DNA from: Glaucostegus cemiculus
Lineage: Eukaryota
DNA: 64,000 nucleotides
Assembly (NCBI GenBank): GCA_976551045.1
Contig: CDPCPM010000076.1
Coordinates: 26,784,001 to 26,848,000, forward strand
Reading direction: 5' to 3'
Numbering within the stretch: position 1 is the first letter of the stretch; each line of letters begins with the position of its first letter. Under the pieces are notes generated by a model. The model searched no databases. It worked only from the letters and a program-made list of their open reading frames with translations, and had not been told where the DNA came from. Shown piece by piece: positions 11,815 to 25,419 of this stretch. Made by a program: the position numbers and the translations under genes.

Positions 11815-13227
11815 GTAACCTTTAATGCAGGTTGATATTTATTGACATTTTATTGGCCCAGTAGCAATATTTAGTTTGGAAGTCAAGCTCCACTTCAACT
11901 TTCCAATTAATGTATAAAAACAGATGTATTTCTCCATTCATCTGAGTCAACTAATTGGACTGAACATATTTTAACATAAGGATGTGTGCTTAGAAAGTTT
12001 TTTTTTAACTACTGAACTTATATGGAAGACTTCAAGACTTGCGTTATGGTTTCTATTTTGGAAAACTGTCAAATGTTCAAGTGCTATGCAAAAACGAACA
12101 GGAATCAAGCTTCTGATGCCTGCTTAGTACTTAGATTATGCCATTTAAAAAGACAAGGATCTCACAGAGCTCCACGATATGGAGTAATTAAACCAATTTT
12201 TCAAGCTTAACAATCCATAGAGTTACAATAATGTTAGATTTAAATGATTAACTATTATATACACTCATGGCACATCTACAACATTACTCATGTGCTGCTC
12301 TCTGTTCTGTATATGTGACTTGTACTGAACCAGAGTTACTTACCCAGCTCTTAGCATTGGCTTTCAAGACGTTAGGATATCTGATGGAGATAGGGAGAGC
12401 TGACCAGTTTGTCTCACAGTTTCATCATCTATCCAAAGAGGATTGGGAGTGGGATTCTATTTTCACCAGGCAAGTTGAGGTCAAAATCCTTCTATTGTGG
12501 GGAATTCTATTCTTTGCAGTATCCTTTTTATTACACTTGGCTTTTCTGTTTCTTTTTCCATTTTCTTTTCCTTTGACTCTGTTCTTGTTTACTTTTTGTA
12601 ACCTCTATTTAATTCCTTCACAGATCTTAATGCATGTTCTCTTATTCTAGCAGTGTCTGCAGTTATCTGCACCTGCTACCACTTTCCATTGATTTCCCAC
12701 AGTGCTGCCAAAGCACTGAACTAGAAGTTGTAAGTGCTTCAGAAGGATTGAGTGAGAATTTCAATAATTAAACAATAAATAAACAAGTCACTTCAAAACT
12801 CTTAAAAATATTGAAATAAATTCAAACCCCTTGGTCCTTCTTGGCTTTTCTCCTCTATTAAGATCAATGGAGAGACTGTCCAATCTGGCACAGATCTTCA
12901 CAGTGAATTGTCAATGTAAAAGAATCACAAGATGGGAAAGTTGCCAGTTCACAGACTCGATGAGGAGCTTTGGAACTGTGTCATTGTAAACACAGTTGAG
13001 AAACCACCAGCGATTGCTTGACTGAGAGTCTGGCGCTCGCTATAACTTGCTCTAAAGTTCCAAAGTTACTGACAGTTACATGGAGAAATGAGAGAATTAC
13101 AAAGGATATCACCAAAATTTCTCTGGAAAACATGGGCCAACTGAGGAGCATTTCTACAACATCAACCATCTTGTAATATTGAAACTTGAAACTTGAAACT
13201 TACACATATACCAAACTATATTGACCA

Positions 13228-13860
13228 TTAGACAAAAGAGACTGTGGATGCTGGAATCTGGAGCAACACATAAAGTACTGGAGGAACTCAGCTGGTCAGG
13301 CAACATCTATGGAGGGAAATGGACAGTTGAAGTTTCAGGTCAAGAGCATTCATCTAAATTGAAAGATAGAGGGGAGATAGCTAATATCAAAAGGCGGAGG
13401 GAAGGTGTGAAGCAAGGGCTGGCAGGTGACAGGTGGATCCAATTAAGGGGGATCCATGTAAGGGGGAGTTGATAGACAGATGGGGGAGAGGAGAGTGGGA
13501 ATAGCACCAGAAGCTGGGAGGTGAGAGGTAGAAGTGACAAAGGGCTGAAGATGGTGGGATCTTATAGGAGAGGAAGGTGAAACATAGAATAAAGAGGTGA
13601 GTGGGCAGAGGTGAATAGTGGGGAAGGGGAACCAGTGGGAGGAGTGTGTGGGTGATAGGCACATGGACACAATGGAGGAGGAGATAGAGACATGGTGATG
13701 GAGGCCAGGTAGATCAAAAGGAGAGACTTGGCCCCATCACCATGTGTCTTCAGGTGCTGATGATCAGAACTTGTAGATGAGGTGACTTGACCTGAAATAT
13801 CAACTTTCTATTTCCCTCTGTAGATGCTTCCTGACCTGCTGAGTTCCTCCAGCATTTTGC
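13228..13860 (-). mobile_element. Penelope-like element terminal repeat (pLTR, minus) with inverted partial copy at ~13770-13860
   Basis: gagactgtggatgctggaatctggagcaacacataaagtactggaggaactcagctggtcaggcaacatctatggagggaaat... is mirrored by ...tatttccctctgtagatgcttcctgacctgctgagttcctccagcattttg. Related to the GIY-YIG-bearing copy at 28105-28835. Confidence 0.75.
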
Positions 13861-14108
13861 AAATCAACCTTGCATCATAGCCCAAGGTTGAAAGTTGAAC
13901 AGAATTAGATTTCTACTTTGAAATTAAAATTTGAAACATCCAAACACTCGATTGTTATTACAACTTGGCCTGATACACAATGAAAATATCTTTTAATTTG
14001 ATGTCAGATAGAATATTATGGTGAGCTGAAGGGTCTGTTTCTGTAGTGTATGATTCTACAACTCTATGACAATTTTATTGCTGAAAATTTCTAATCTATG
14101 TCTCACAG

Positions 14109-14305
14109 GTCTCCTAGAACTGAAGGAGGAAACTATAGAGAGCTTATTGGCTGCAGCCTGTCTTCTGCAGCTCTCTCAAGTGGTGGAAGTGTGTTGCAAC
14201 TTCCTTATGAAGCAGCTCCATCCATCAAATTGCTTGGGGATAAGATCGTTTGCTGATGCTCAAGGCTGCATGAATCTGCTTAAGGTGGCCCACAGCTACA
14301 CCACG
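14109..14305 (+). CDS. KLHL4: KLHL4 exon (end of BTB, start of BACK)
   Basis: tctcacag|GT CTC CTA... encodes [65 protein letters not shown]; donor ACG|gtaaga; 197 nt, phase 1-0. Confidence 0.96.
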
Positions 14306-17300
14306 GTAAGAATGTCACAGATCAATAAGCCTTGTCTTAACCACCACTGTAGCTGCTTTTAAATGTAGCTCCATAAAGGAATTCTCCAAAAGAGAAAAGA
14401 TCCTAACACTTTGGTCTGAAGTGAAAGTTGTTGCAAATTATAATTTTCCCTGGTCATTTGATGACTATAATATTTATCCAAAGAGATAGCCCTAGAAATT
14501 CAGTCACACAGTAGTTTTTTTGGCATTAGAAAATTGAAAGCCATTTTCTCTCTGGAACAAAAGTCATAATGACCATTTCCTGTTTGTTTTATGTCACTCT
14601 GGAAATTTGACTAGGTACTTTCAGAACTGAGTTGTTTTCATGCTTAAGTACTATTTTGGTACTGGGGGGTGTGGAATGATGCTTTGATCCTTTTGGTTCA
14701 CTGTAAGGGAAATTAGACCAAGCTGTCCTCAGATTCACTATCATTTATGGACTCCTAGGATGAACATGTCTTCCCAATGCAGTAATAGACTGGGAACACT
14801 ATTGGACAAGTCCCCTACTTCCACTTTCTGGTCCAGTTTCCCAATGGGTAGAATTTCCACCAGTGCAAAGGTTTCAAAATAATTGCATTTTGTTTTTTAT
14901 GCCCTTTGTTTACACTTTAAAAAAGGTAGAAATGGATCCAAATTTTAGGCAATTTTCTCATCACTGTGTTTTTCATTATGCTGCTTGTAAGACCTCACTG
15001 AGTTCAAGTCAGGAGCCGCATTTTCCACAGAACAACTCAAGTATTTTTGGAATATATTTACTATTGTAGTGTGCTCTGGAACCCTTGGAGGTTGTAAAAG
15101 ACATTATATAAGTTGAAATTAATGAAAAAAGTGAATTTATCAACTTGAGGGATTTCTGAGCAAGTGTAAATTTAAATGGTAAGAAGTGGAATGTTTACAT
15201 GTTCTGTGTCATCAGTAGATTTGCTCTTATAAGAAAATTAGATCCTGGATGTTGAAGTTCCAGTGCTAATGAAAATTCTCTATTTTAGCCTTGAGTACTT
15301 ATAATGAGAAAGATAAGATAATATATTTGTGAATCTCAAGAAAAGTCATTTGGAATGCTACTGCCTTCAACATTAATGAAAATAGATCAATGAGGTAGAC
15401 AAACAAAAATACTGATAAATATTGGGATGTAACAGGCAGGTTAAAATCAAATACTGAGAAAACAAATAATACATTTATTTGTATTATCATGTCAGTTCTA
15501 CTATTGGTCTGCAGTAAATTAGTCATGGATACTTAAAAATAGTCAGTTGCATTTCAAATTTTTGAGCCAACCTTCTTGTTGCAGATCTACAAGGGATTAA
15601 AGAATTACCGGCTGCTGCCAAAAGGAAAACACCTGTCTTAACTTTCCACAGCTTTTAGCAAATAATTATTATTACAAACAGACAATAATGATGAGTTCAG
15701 GACTTTATTGTAATTTCCAAACTGAGGTAATATCTAAAAATAAAGAAAATCTTGTTTTTTAATTACTCCTGTAAATTAACAATTAGATTAGATAATAAAT
15801 TATCTCTACCATTTATTCCTGATCCAAGACATGTCTAAAATTAAACTCTCAATATTTTTGCCCACAATTGGTTACATATCATAAAACAAAGCAAAACTTT
15901 AAGACAGAGGAAAAGAATTATACTAGGGTTCTACACTGGAACTGATTTATTCAATAATTTTGCATTATTGATGTTACTACCTCATCCAAATGGACATTAT
16001 TTGTGTGTGTGTTCACAATAAACTTTTTCTACTGGAGTTTGCATCACTGCGTTAATATTCCCTGCAACTTTCATCAAGTTTATTTCCTAAAGGAGATGAT
16101 AAATTTTAGTCTATTTCAATCCTCATGTTACTGCTCTGTGCCTGTTTCTTCCAGTCTCTCCTTTCATTGCAGAATCTGTTCATTGGGTAGCAATTTTTAG
16201 CTGGAAGAGTTTGCATTTGTTGTGATATGTTCCGTTAAGAGCTGGGTGCAAGATCACAGCTGCTGTTACTCAGTGCCAGCAGTTGCAAGAACTTGTCACA
16301 GATGAAGATAGTGTGCTATTGAAATTGACGCAGTGCAGTGTCATATAGGGAACCACAACAGCACTTCTGTGACTCTCACAACTGAAGACTTCAGTCTTTA
16401 TGAGACTTTCACAAATACTTTATAATGACCCATTAAAACAGCTAAGTTTCTAGGTCACCAAATATAATTATACTATGACACTGGCTGAAATTAATTAATG
16501 AGGCACACAAAGTGATTATATCCAGAATGTTTTGCTCTGGATGGCTAAATTATTCATTCAACAAACTTATAAAATTAGCCTATAGTTATATTAAAACATA
16601 CCTGTGAGCACCCTTCACAGTGTGTGATTCAGGTCTTTCCCAAGTTAGCTTTGAAATCAGGCACCAGCAAATTAAGAACTCATACATGCATGGGATAGCA
16701 ACAGTGGTTCAAGAATTATATGATCATTATTACTATTTCATTCTGATTATTGATCTAAATTTATTGCATAAATTTTATGAGCAAATTTCTGACTGCAGAA
16801 CTTTATTTTTGATTTCCAAATTTAGCTGATGCCATGATCTAGGCTAAATGAGACTTCCTGTTCCTCATTTATAATAAGAGCAACTCTAACTTATTTAAAC
16901 TTCGAGGAAAATATACAAAGCTGCAGTTCTCTGAGGGGAACTACTGGATCCCATATCACTGGTTATAATTTCTAACCAAATCTGCATTTGCATGGTGCTT
17001 ATTGAGGCATACATCGTCATTAGAGAGACTTAGACAATATGTCTTTCAATTCTATTGCATTTCTTTCAGTGATAGGAAACTCCATTTTGGACCAAGGAGA
17101 GCTGCATGGAGGTCAGCATAATGATATGAGATCATGCGCCTGTGCGTGCATAGATCATAAGTGAAAATCTGTTTAAGTTGAGGAAGAGAGCAAGGAATGG
17201 GTCCCATTTTGAAGTAAAAGTTTGAAGTGCAAATGAGGCTGAAGTCAGGACCAAAGGAGAGGGAAAATGGAGATAGAAAACAAATTGTAAACAGCTGATG

Positions 17301-19187
17301 CCATTTGTATATTGTCTAACATTTGATCTCCAACAGGAGAAGTGAACACTGCTGGGAAAAGAGTATGAAGATGACAGCTGAAAGAGATTAACATTTTCTG
17401 TTTTAATACACAATAAGCAGTAACAAGACTTCTAAGTTAAACCACTCATGCACCATTGTTGAATGCTGAGAAATGACAGCAAAGCAAAATTGACATCATA
17501 ACTGTATTCTAAAAATACTTCAGGGGAATTAGTCACAAGTCTGCATCTTATATCAAAGCTCAGCACAGAACAATACAAAGATAAACTAGAACCACCAACA
17601 TATAGCCACTGCATTTTTGGCTCAAGTACTTCTGCAAACAAAATTTACTGCAGAAGAATTTTTCAACTTTTCAAAAGTAAAGATAGTATTTTAAATCTAA
17701 AATTTCTCCCCTTGGGACAATTTTGTGTTTCATGAATTTTAATTTCAGATTTTGAATGCAGTGTATTAAAGTGAATGAGATTATCTAACCCACAAAAGTA
17801 CTGACATTGAATTGATTATTTATATTCCATTTATGTGAAAGGGTGTCACATTCACAAAACTGAAGATAACACTAAAATAACCGCTGAAATTAAAAATATC
17901 TAAGTAACAAGCCAGTAGCAACAACCAAAGCTAAAATATATTTTTATTTGCTATTGGCAGTATTTTATTCTTGGCGCAGCTTGGAAACCTATCATGTACA
18001 GCAGCTTTTATAGTTGTCAGTAAGTCCAGAGCTGCATGTACCAGTATTTAGTGAGACACATACAGCCTCATTGGAGGATTCAAAACTCTCCCAAAACTCT
18101 TGCCAAATTTACTTATTCAATCTACACAAAGAAAAGAAATTGGTTGGTCATTTATCTTGGTCTGTTTGTGGATTCTTGCCATCATGCTATCCATAAAACA
18201 TGTCTTTAGTTCAAAGAAATTAATTCCTGGATGTAAAACACAAGGAAGTATGAAAAAAAGGAAAGACACACAAGTTCTTTTTCAATTTAATTTGCAAGAG
18301 ATTGATATTACTAATTTACACTAGCCTGCTACTGAGCACATGCTTCATGCCTACACTACATTGGAGTGACGTACAAGTGCTGCATACCAACCACAAAACC
18401 AGTAGTCAGATTACAGAGCAAGTAACTTTGAGTCACACTACATTGCCATGGAAATCACCTGTGAATATATTACAACAGGAATTTACAGTGCAGTGGAGAC
18501 AAAATTAAAGGAGCTAATCTGCTTGCCCCTCTCCCTGCTGAGTCTGTTCTAACTTGTGGTCTCTCCCTTAATGGTCCCTCTAGATAGCTAAGCAGGTTGT
18601 TTTTTACTTGGAACTGAGATTTTAAGTCATTGGAACATTAGAAAATTTGAATGCTACACATGAAACCTATGATAACACATTCAACTGCATTTCAGTTCAT
18701 GTCTTTAGATATGACAAAATCATATTTTAATGACAGTTCAAAAACTATTCTTCAGTGTATTCATAGATGTTTCATCAAAACACGTGACTTCAAAATAAAT
18801 TCACCAAGTGCACTGAGGACATCCTGTTTAATCCCTTTAGTCATGGACATAACAGAACAGATTAACAATTAACAATTTCCTGCTGCAGTATCTTTCTCAT
18901 ACACACAATGCCCATCCTGATAAACAATTTTGCCTATTTTTGTAAACTGAAATGGACTTGGCTTCCTGTTCCTTTTTTCCAGAGAAAATCACAGTGAGAG
19001 ATTATAATAGGATGTGGATAATGGCTTGTATTTCTTGTTACAATTGGAGTCAGCACTTTAAGCTCTGCCTGTTTTGTAGTTACTCTATATTTTGCAACAT
19101 AAAAAGAGATGAAAGACATCAGTAAAGCACAAAACTAACTCAAGGGCCATCCAGTACTTCCACCATGGTAAGTTTAATAAACTAGAG

Positions 19188-19688
19188 TTTATTAAGCGTT
19201 GTGTGAGGAAGACCAAAAGCATAATGGCCGACCCTTCTCACCCCTCCCACCACCTCTTTACAATTTTGCCATCAGGGAGGAGGCTTAAATGTATCAGGGC
19301 AAGAACGACCAGGCTGAACAATAGCTTCTTTCCGCAAGCCATCAGAACTGCAAACTCTCTCATCCCTCCATCTTCCTTTGTTAACACTAAGAGATGCTAG
19401 GTGCACAGAAATGCACCAGCACTTTAAATGCCCGACACCAGCCCGTTCACTTCAATAACTATTTATTTATTTACTGGCCATTTTAAATTTAATCTGCGTA
19501 TTAATTTAATTTTAACTTCCGTAGTTTTTAATGTTTAATGTTTTTTAATGTTTATTCTGTCAAGTGTGTATGTGTGTCTCTGTTGGTTGTTATTTTATGG
19601 GACAAGCACCTGAGGACGGTATCTCGCTCCTCTGCATACTATGTATGTATATGGTTGTGACAATAAAACTGATTCTGATTCTGATTCT
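19188..19688 (+). mobile_element. Young 5'-truncated Rex1/Babar-type LINE (ORF C-terminus, 3'UTR and (GATTCT)n tail)
   Basis: Open frame KRCVRKTKSIMADPSHPSHHLFTILPSGRRLKCIRARTTRLNNSFFPQAIRTANS matches the DPSHP..LF..LPSGRR...RT.R..NSFFP.AIR motif. AATAAA then ctgattctgattctgattct. Candidate TSD CTAGAG at 19182-19187 and 19687-19692. Confidence 0.8.
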
Positions 19689-20010
19689 AGAGGGCCATGT
19701 CAGTTAGAGTAAGTTCAAATGCATTGGAGAGTAATCATTTAAAATAATATTGCAAATAAGTATTTTTGTGATATGGTCAGTGTAAGTCAGAATACATCAA
19801 TTGATTATGTCTGAAATGTGCTGTGAAACGAATCATAGATTGTAGCATTGAGGTGACTGGCTGCACAAGTGAGGATGTTAAACCCAGTGTGAAAATTAGG
19901 TCATTTCTAGGCCGCATTAGCCATGGAAAACCATGTTACCATTTCTATTGAGCATTTGTTAACTACATGTTTATGGCAATTCAACAGCCCGCACCAACTG
20001 CCAATTACTG

Positions 20011-20765
20011 TGTTTACTCGGCTGAATCTTGTTGTCTATGGCCAACAAGATTATTCTAAAAGGGAGCCAATGACATTCACCCATTTGGACAGAAGTATGC
20101 CCCAAATATGAGGAGATCCACTTTAAGTACATCTGTCACTATGCTCTTTCATTCACTGGGGGAGCTCAGTGTTGCTGCAATTCCCCAGCATTACACAGGG
20201 AATCGACACTCAGATCCAATGCCATAACAGACCAGCATAAGAATGGAGACCTCATTTACTTGAAGGGGGATTCTCAATCAGTGGATGGATGGAGAGGGGT
20301 TATTTTTGTATTTTAGTTTAATATTATTGATGATTTCTAATCATTTATTTATTTAATTTTCAGCAGGGAAATTACTGACAACGCCAGGATTTCCTTCCAT
20401 TCCCTAATTATCCTTGACAAGATGGTGAACCCTTCTGGTGAAGGTGCTCCTTCAGTGCTATTGTGGATGGAGTTCTAGAATTTAGACCTGGTGATATTAA
20501 AGAGATGATGATATTCTTCCAAGTCAGTATGGTGCATCTCAGAGAGAAACCTGTTGGTGATGGTTCTCCCATGTACCTGTTGTCCTTGTCCTTCTTGATG
20601 GGACAGGTCACAGATTTGGAAGGCATTCTTGAAGTAGCCTAGGTGAGTAACTGCTGTGCATTTCATACACACTACAGACAAGAGTCCATAAGCACTAGTG
20701 GTAAAGGGAATGAGCACTCAGGGTGGTGCATGGAGTGCCAACTAAGCTTTGTCTTGGAAGAGTTT
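20011..20765 (+). repeat. Left arm of ~750 bp inverted duplication
   Basis: Aligns end to end with the reverse complement of 23026-23762. The ORF track shows the homology independently (20475-20717 minus vs 23074-23391 plus). Confidence 0.95.
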
Positions 20766-20879
20766 GTAAGGATATTGCTACTAATTGAACATAATCCATA
20801 TTTTCCCATTTCTGTTGAAGCAAATGCAATTAAATGTGCAGAAGTGAGTGTAACTGTAAAATCTTTAAAAAAAAAATTA

Positions 20880-22165
20880 TGACAGAGAATGGGGCTATTT
20901 GACCCATTATGTCTATGCCAGTTGAAAATAAATAATGGTCCCTAGCCTATTCTCATCTTCCAACAGTTGATCATGAGCCCAGCAGTTCACATTTTTCACA
21001 TACACATCCAAGTACTGTTTAATTGTGATGTGGCTTTCTGCCTCTACCAACCTTTCACGCAGTGAGTTCTTTTCCCTATCACCCTCTAGGTGACAATTTC
21101 TTCCCTATCTTCCCACTAATCTTTCCCTAATTACATTAAGTGTATATTCTCTGATCATTAACCCTAACTAAGGCATTAAATCCTTCCTATTTAATCATAA
21201 TAGGCCCTCCTTTAAGTTTCCTTTCAGCCAAAGCAAACAAGGCCAGGTTTGCCAATCTTTCTTCATTGTTAAAATTTCCCAGTCCTTGCATCATTCTCAT
21301 AAATCTCCACTGCACGATTTCTAGCGCAATCACATAATTCATGTTCTGTGGTGACTAGAACCGTACTGGACTAGAACTGTGACACAGTACTCAAGCCATT
21401 GTAAACTAGTGTTGCAAATGATTTCGGTATAACCTCATTGCTCTTATATTCTATACCTTGGATAATAAAGGAAAGGATTCTGTCCTGATGAAGAGTTTCA
21501 GCCATAAACGTCAACTGTTTATTTCCCTCCATAGATGTTGCCTGACCTGTTGAACTCCCCAAGCACTTTTTGTGTATTGCTAAAGAATTCTGTGTTCCTT
21601 CTGAACCACATTATCAACTTATACTGTTGACTTTAAGGATCCGTGGACATATACTTTGAGTTAGAGAAACAAAGGACTGCAGATGCTGGAATCTAGATGA
21701 AAACCACTATGGCGCTGGAGGAACTGAAACACTGGCTGCCTACTTTCCTCCATGGATGCTGCCTGGCTGCTAAGTTCCTCCAGCATCATCGTGGTTTTCA
21801 TATACTCTAAGCTCCCCTTTTCCTCTACAGTTCTCATTATCCTGCCATTTATTGTATATTCCTCCACTTGTTATAGCTCTCCAAATACATTTCCTCTAAC
21901 TTTTCTGGATTAAATTCTACTTGCCACTTCTCTGTCCATCTGAACAGATTATCTATCTACCTGCAGTCTCAAGTTTTCCTCCTTACTTCAAACACACTGG
22001 CAATTTTTTTTATCACGTTCAAAATTACTTTATCATGCCTCCTACATTTAAGTTTAAATCAACAGCATATACATAAAAAAAACAAGGGACTGAGTACTGA
22101 GCCTTGTGGAACCCCCTCCCTGGTTACAGCCTTCAGTCACAAAAACACTCAACAAACATTACTCT
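20880..22165 (-). mobile_element. CR1 LINE 3' fragment interrupted by Penelope-derived pieces (~21478-21585, ~21661-21801)
   Basis: Reverse complement is colinear with the CR1 at 41884-43229. ORF remnants include IQGIEYKSNEVI..ATLV and EYTINGRIMRTVEEK. Confidence 0.75.
21661..21801. mobile_element. Penelope-derived miniature fold-back element
   Basis: atgaaaaccactatggcgctggaggaact (~21697-21725) is inverted to agttcctccagcatcatcgtggttttcat (~21773-21801). Confidence 0.7.
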
Positions 22166-22399
22166 CTGTTTTCTGTGCTCCTGTTATTCTGTTACCCAGA
22201 GTTTTCTGTGTGCATAACGTTAGTGATCAACAAGAAATCCTCTTCCCCTTCATGTCCACTCTGCATATGAATATTGTCATATAGTACAGTAATATAATTC
22301 TAATTATCTTGAAAACCAAAAGATTGTGAGTCTAAAATCACCGCAATAACCTCCATTGAGCAGATTCTCTTAGAGTTGCTCCATATTTCCTTACAACAT

Positions 22400-22720
22400 T
22401 AGAGGCTAGTTTGGCCCATCAAGTGTATTCCAGGCCACAGTGCAATCCTATTCCTCACAAATTTTTCCTGTAACCTATTCTCCTCCATTCCCATCAACTG
22501 CTCCCAGATTCTACCATTCACCTACACGTTAAGGGCAATTTATAGTGGACAATTAACCTACCAACCTGCACAAGTTTAGGATGTGGAAGGAAATCAGAGC
22601 TCTGATGGAAGCCCATGCAGTCGATATGTAAGTGTCTACACAGACAGCACCAGAGATCAAGATTGAACCAAGGCTGCTGGAGCTGTGAAGCAGGAGCTTT
22701 ACTACCTGAGCCACTGACCT
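22400..22720 (-). mobile_element. V-SINE (HE1-like)
   Basis: Reverse complement: gggcaggtcagtggctcaggtagtaaagctcctgcttcacagctccagcagccttggttcaatcttgatc, then V core and CR1-like tail. Confidence 0.8.
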
Positions 22721-23025
22721 GCCCCAACACCCACAGTCCCCACCCACTTGCTCTCATCTGGGACAGGTGCGGAAGGCTGATCTGACAGACCCTCTACATC
22801 CTGGAAGGGGACATTGAACCCTGTCGATAAATAAGCCATGGTGACATGGTCTTGCGGCCCTCCCCAGAATCAATCTGCCTGGCAAAGCTGGCAGCAGTGA
22901 TTTGGTTTCTACCAACTTTTTGAGACTTTTTAGCAGACTTTAAATGACTCCTATGTTCAGAGATATTTTAAAAATGTTTAAAATTGACATAAATGTTTTA
23001 TTTAAGGTTCATTGAAAGCACATTA

Positions 23026-23762
23026 AAACTCTTCCAGAACAAAGCTTGATTGGCACTCTGTGTACCATCCTGAATGCTCATTTCCTCCGCCACCAGTGCA
23101 CATGGACCCTTGTTTGTAGTATGTACAAACCACACTGCAGTCACTCATTTAGACTACTTCAAGAATACCTCCCAAATCTGTAACCTGTCCCATCAAGAAG
23201 GACAAGGACAGCAGGTGTATGGGAGAACTGTCACCTACAGGTTTCTCTCTGAAATGCACCATACTGACTTGGAAGAATATCGTCATCTCTTTAACATCAC
23301 AAGGTCTAAATTCCAGAGCTCCCTCCACAATAGCACCGAGGGAGCATCTTCACCAGAAGAACCAGAGGGTTCACCATCCTGTCAAGGATAATTAGGGAAT
23401 GGAAGGAAATCCTGGCCTTGCTAGTAATTTCCCTACTGAAAATTGAATAAATAAATAATTAGAAATCATCAATAATATTAAACTAAAATACAAAAATAAC
23501 CCCTCTCCATCCATCCACCGATTGAGAATCTCCCTTCAAGTAAATGAGGTCTCCATTCTTATGCTGGTCTGTTATGGCATTGGATCTGAGTGTCGATTCC
23601 CTGTGTAATGCTGGGGAATCCTGAACTTCCCCAGTGAATGAAAGAACACAGTGACAGTGGATCTCCTCAAATTTGGGGCTTACTTCTGTCCAAATGGGTG
23701 AATGTCATTGGTTCCCTTTTGGAATAATTGGCCACAGACAACAAGTTTCAGCCCAGTAAACA
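23026..23762 (-). repeat. Right arm of ~750 bp inverted duplication
   Basis: Reverse complement matches 20011-20765. Core ~23458-23619 vs 20180-20341 differs at only 2 positions by manual alignment. Confidence 0.95.
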
Positions 23763-25419
23763 TAAAATGTTGCTGACACAAATTAAGTATTATTTATCAG
23801 CAGGAACAGCCACAACTGAGTGTTGTTCAATGGTTACTGCATAAAATATCTCCATATTTAACCTTTGCATTGATTTTTACTTAGCTTGTGTATTACTTCC
23901 TTATTTTTGTGACATAAAGTCAATTTAATTTGCTTCTATTCCAATCAGTACCATTCAAGCAATATGTTTGTTTTGTTGTTTCTGAATTTTTGTAGTGCCA
24001 CCACTTTAGATTTTCCTGTCATTCACAACACTGATTTAAGGTATCAACTGCTTAAGCGGGTAGTCTCACAATGTAACAGCTCAAACCCTGAATATGAACA
24101 ATTCTAGGCTTGCCACTTATTCGTCACTGCAAAATAGTTTTTACCAATTTGGGATTCAATATCAATTGGCAGAAAACTGGTTTGGAAGCTCGATGGGCTC
24201 ATATTTTGGTCATTTTCTCATTTTTAATTTCTCTCACAGACTTGAACTGTGAAACACACCCTCTCCTTAATTTATTTACCATTCTTCAATACTGAACCAT
24301 CTCTAATCTTAAATACAATTGCCTAGAAATGGATGTGGGTTCCAAACTGTAAACACTATAGCACATTTAGTAACCCTGACTGGGGAAGAATTTCGAGGCA
24401 AAAATTTTCAAATTTCCTTCCTTTACCTATGCTGCCTTGCACTGGATTTCCTTCCTTAATTATCTACAGTGTGTGCTGCCCTCGATAGTGTAACTAATGG
24501 AATAACAGTCAACATAAAACACAGCTTTAGCTGAAGTAATCAACTTATTAATTACTATTTGTTCTCTATTTAGCTTATAAAATGAAGGTTAAAATAAACA
24601 GAAGCTAAGCAATCTCCATCAAACCGTTAGTTAAAAAAATTCTCCTAACTTACACTATTCATTCCGGTGAAGCCACTATTTTTGATCTCCATTGCCTAGA
24701 ACTTCACTTGTGGAGTGTATGAATTTTAAGTGCTGTGGAAGTAATGTGTGAAATCAATCACTGGTTGCGATTGGTATAGTTAATGCTGAAGCTTGCATAC
24801 ATTGAAAGATTCAATTGTGCCATGGAAGGTGGTGCAAAACATTGTGTATTGTCAATTCAACACTCCTCCTGTCAAATCTATTCTTGGATATTCAGTTAGC
24901 AAACACATGCAAGTCATATCTAGGCAACTGAAAGAATTCCTGCACCTACATTGCTTAAAGCAATCATCAGTAATCTAGTTTATTTTAAGTTCAGCTGGAA
25001 TAGAGCTTGTTTGCTTTAGCACTGTTGACTGATGGAGATTTAACAGGACTGAGAGTTTCCAAGCATTTTTGAGTGTACGTAAAATTTCTATTACAAAACT
25101 AGTGCTTCCATTGTGCTTCCACCAGGCTTCCAAATTGATCTGGAGCTGGTGAAGAAGGGCCAATGCCAAGGACTTCACAGTGCAGGTAGCAGGAATACTC
25201 AGGCCTGGAGGCCAATCCCGCAAGGGAAAGAGCTCTGGCCAGAAGAGATCTCGTATAAATGGGCTATTCCTAAAGAGAAATGTTCCTAACCAAAACTGCC
25301 CTTTTCCCAGGGGATGGTCATTGGCCAGGAGATCCTGCTCCTAATGTGTAATAAGGGAGAAGTTCTTCTTCCTCCACCAATGTGAGGAGCCAATCATTTC
25401 AAAGCTGTGAGTTTTCTAT

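Noticed and set aside
13340-13670. Cluster of overlapping Pro/Ser/Leu-rich ORFs (also 54708-55048 and 46044-46515)
   Set aside because: Produced by purine/pyrimidine strand bias of pLTR or low-complexity DNA, which lacks stop codons.
23074-23391. 105-aa ORF with a paralogous ORF at 20475-20717, suggesting a duplicated small gene
   Set aside because: The similarity is simply the inverted duplication over a LINE-derived segment. The frames are not preserved end to end and there is no supporting exon structure.
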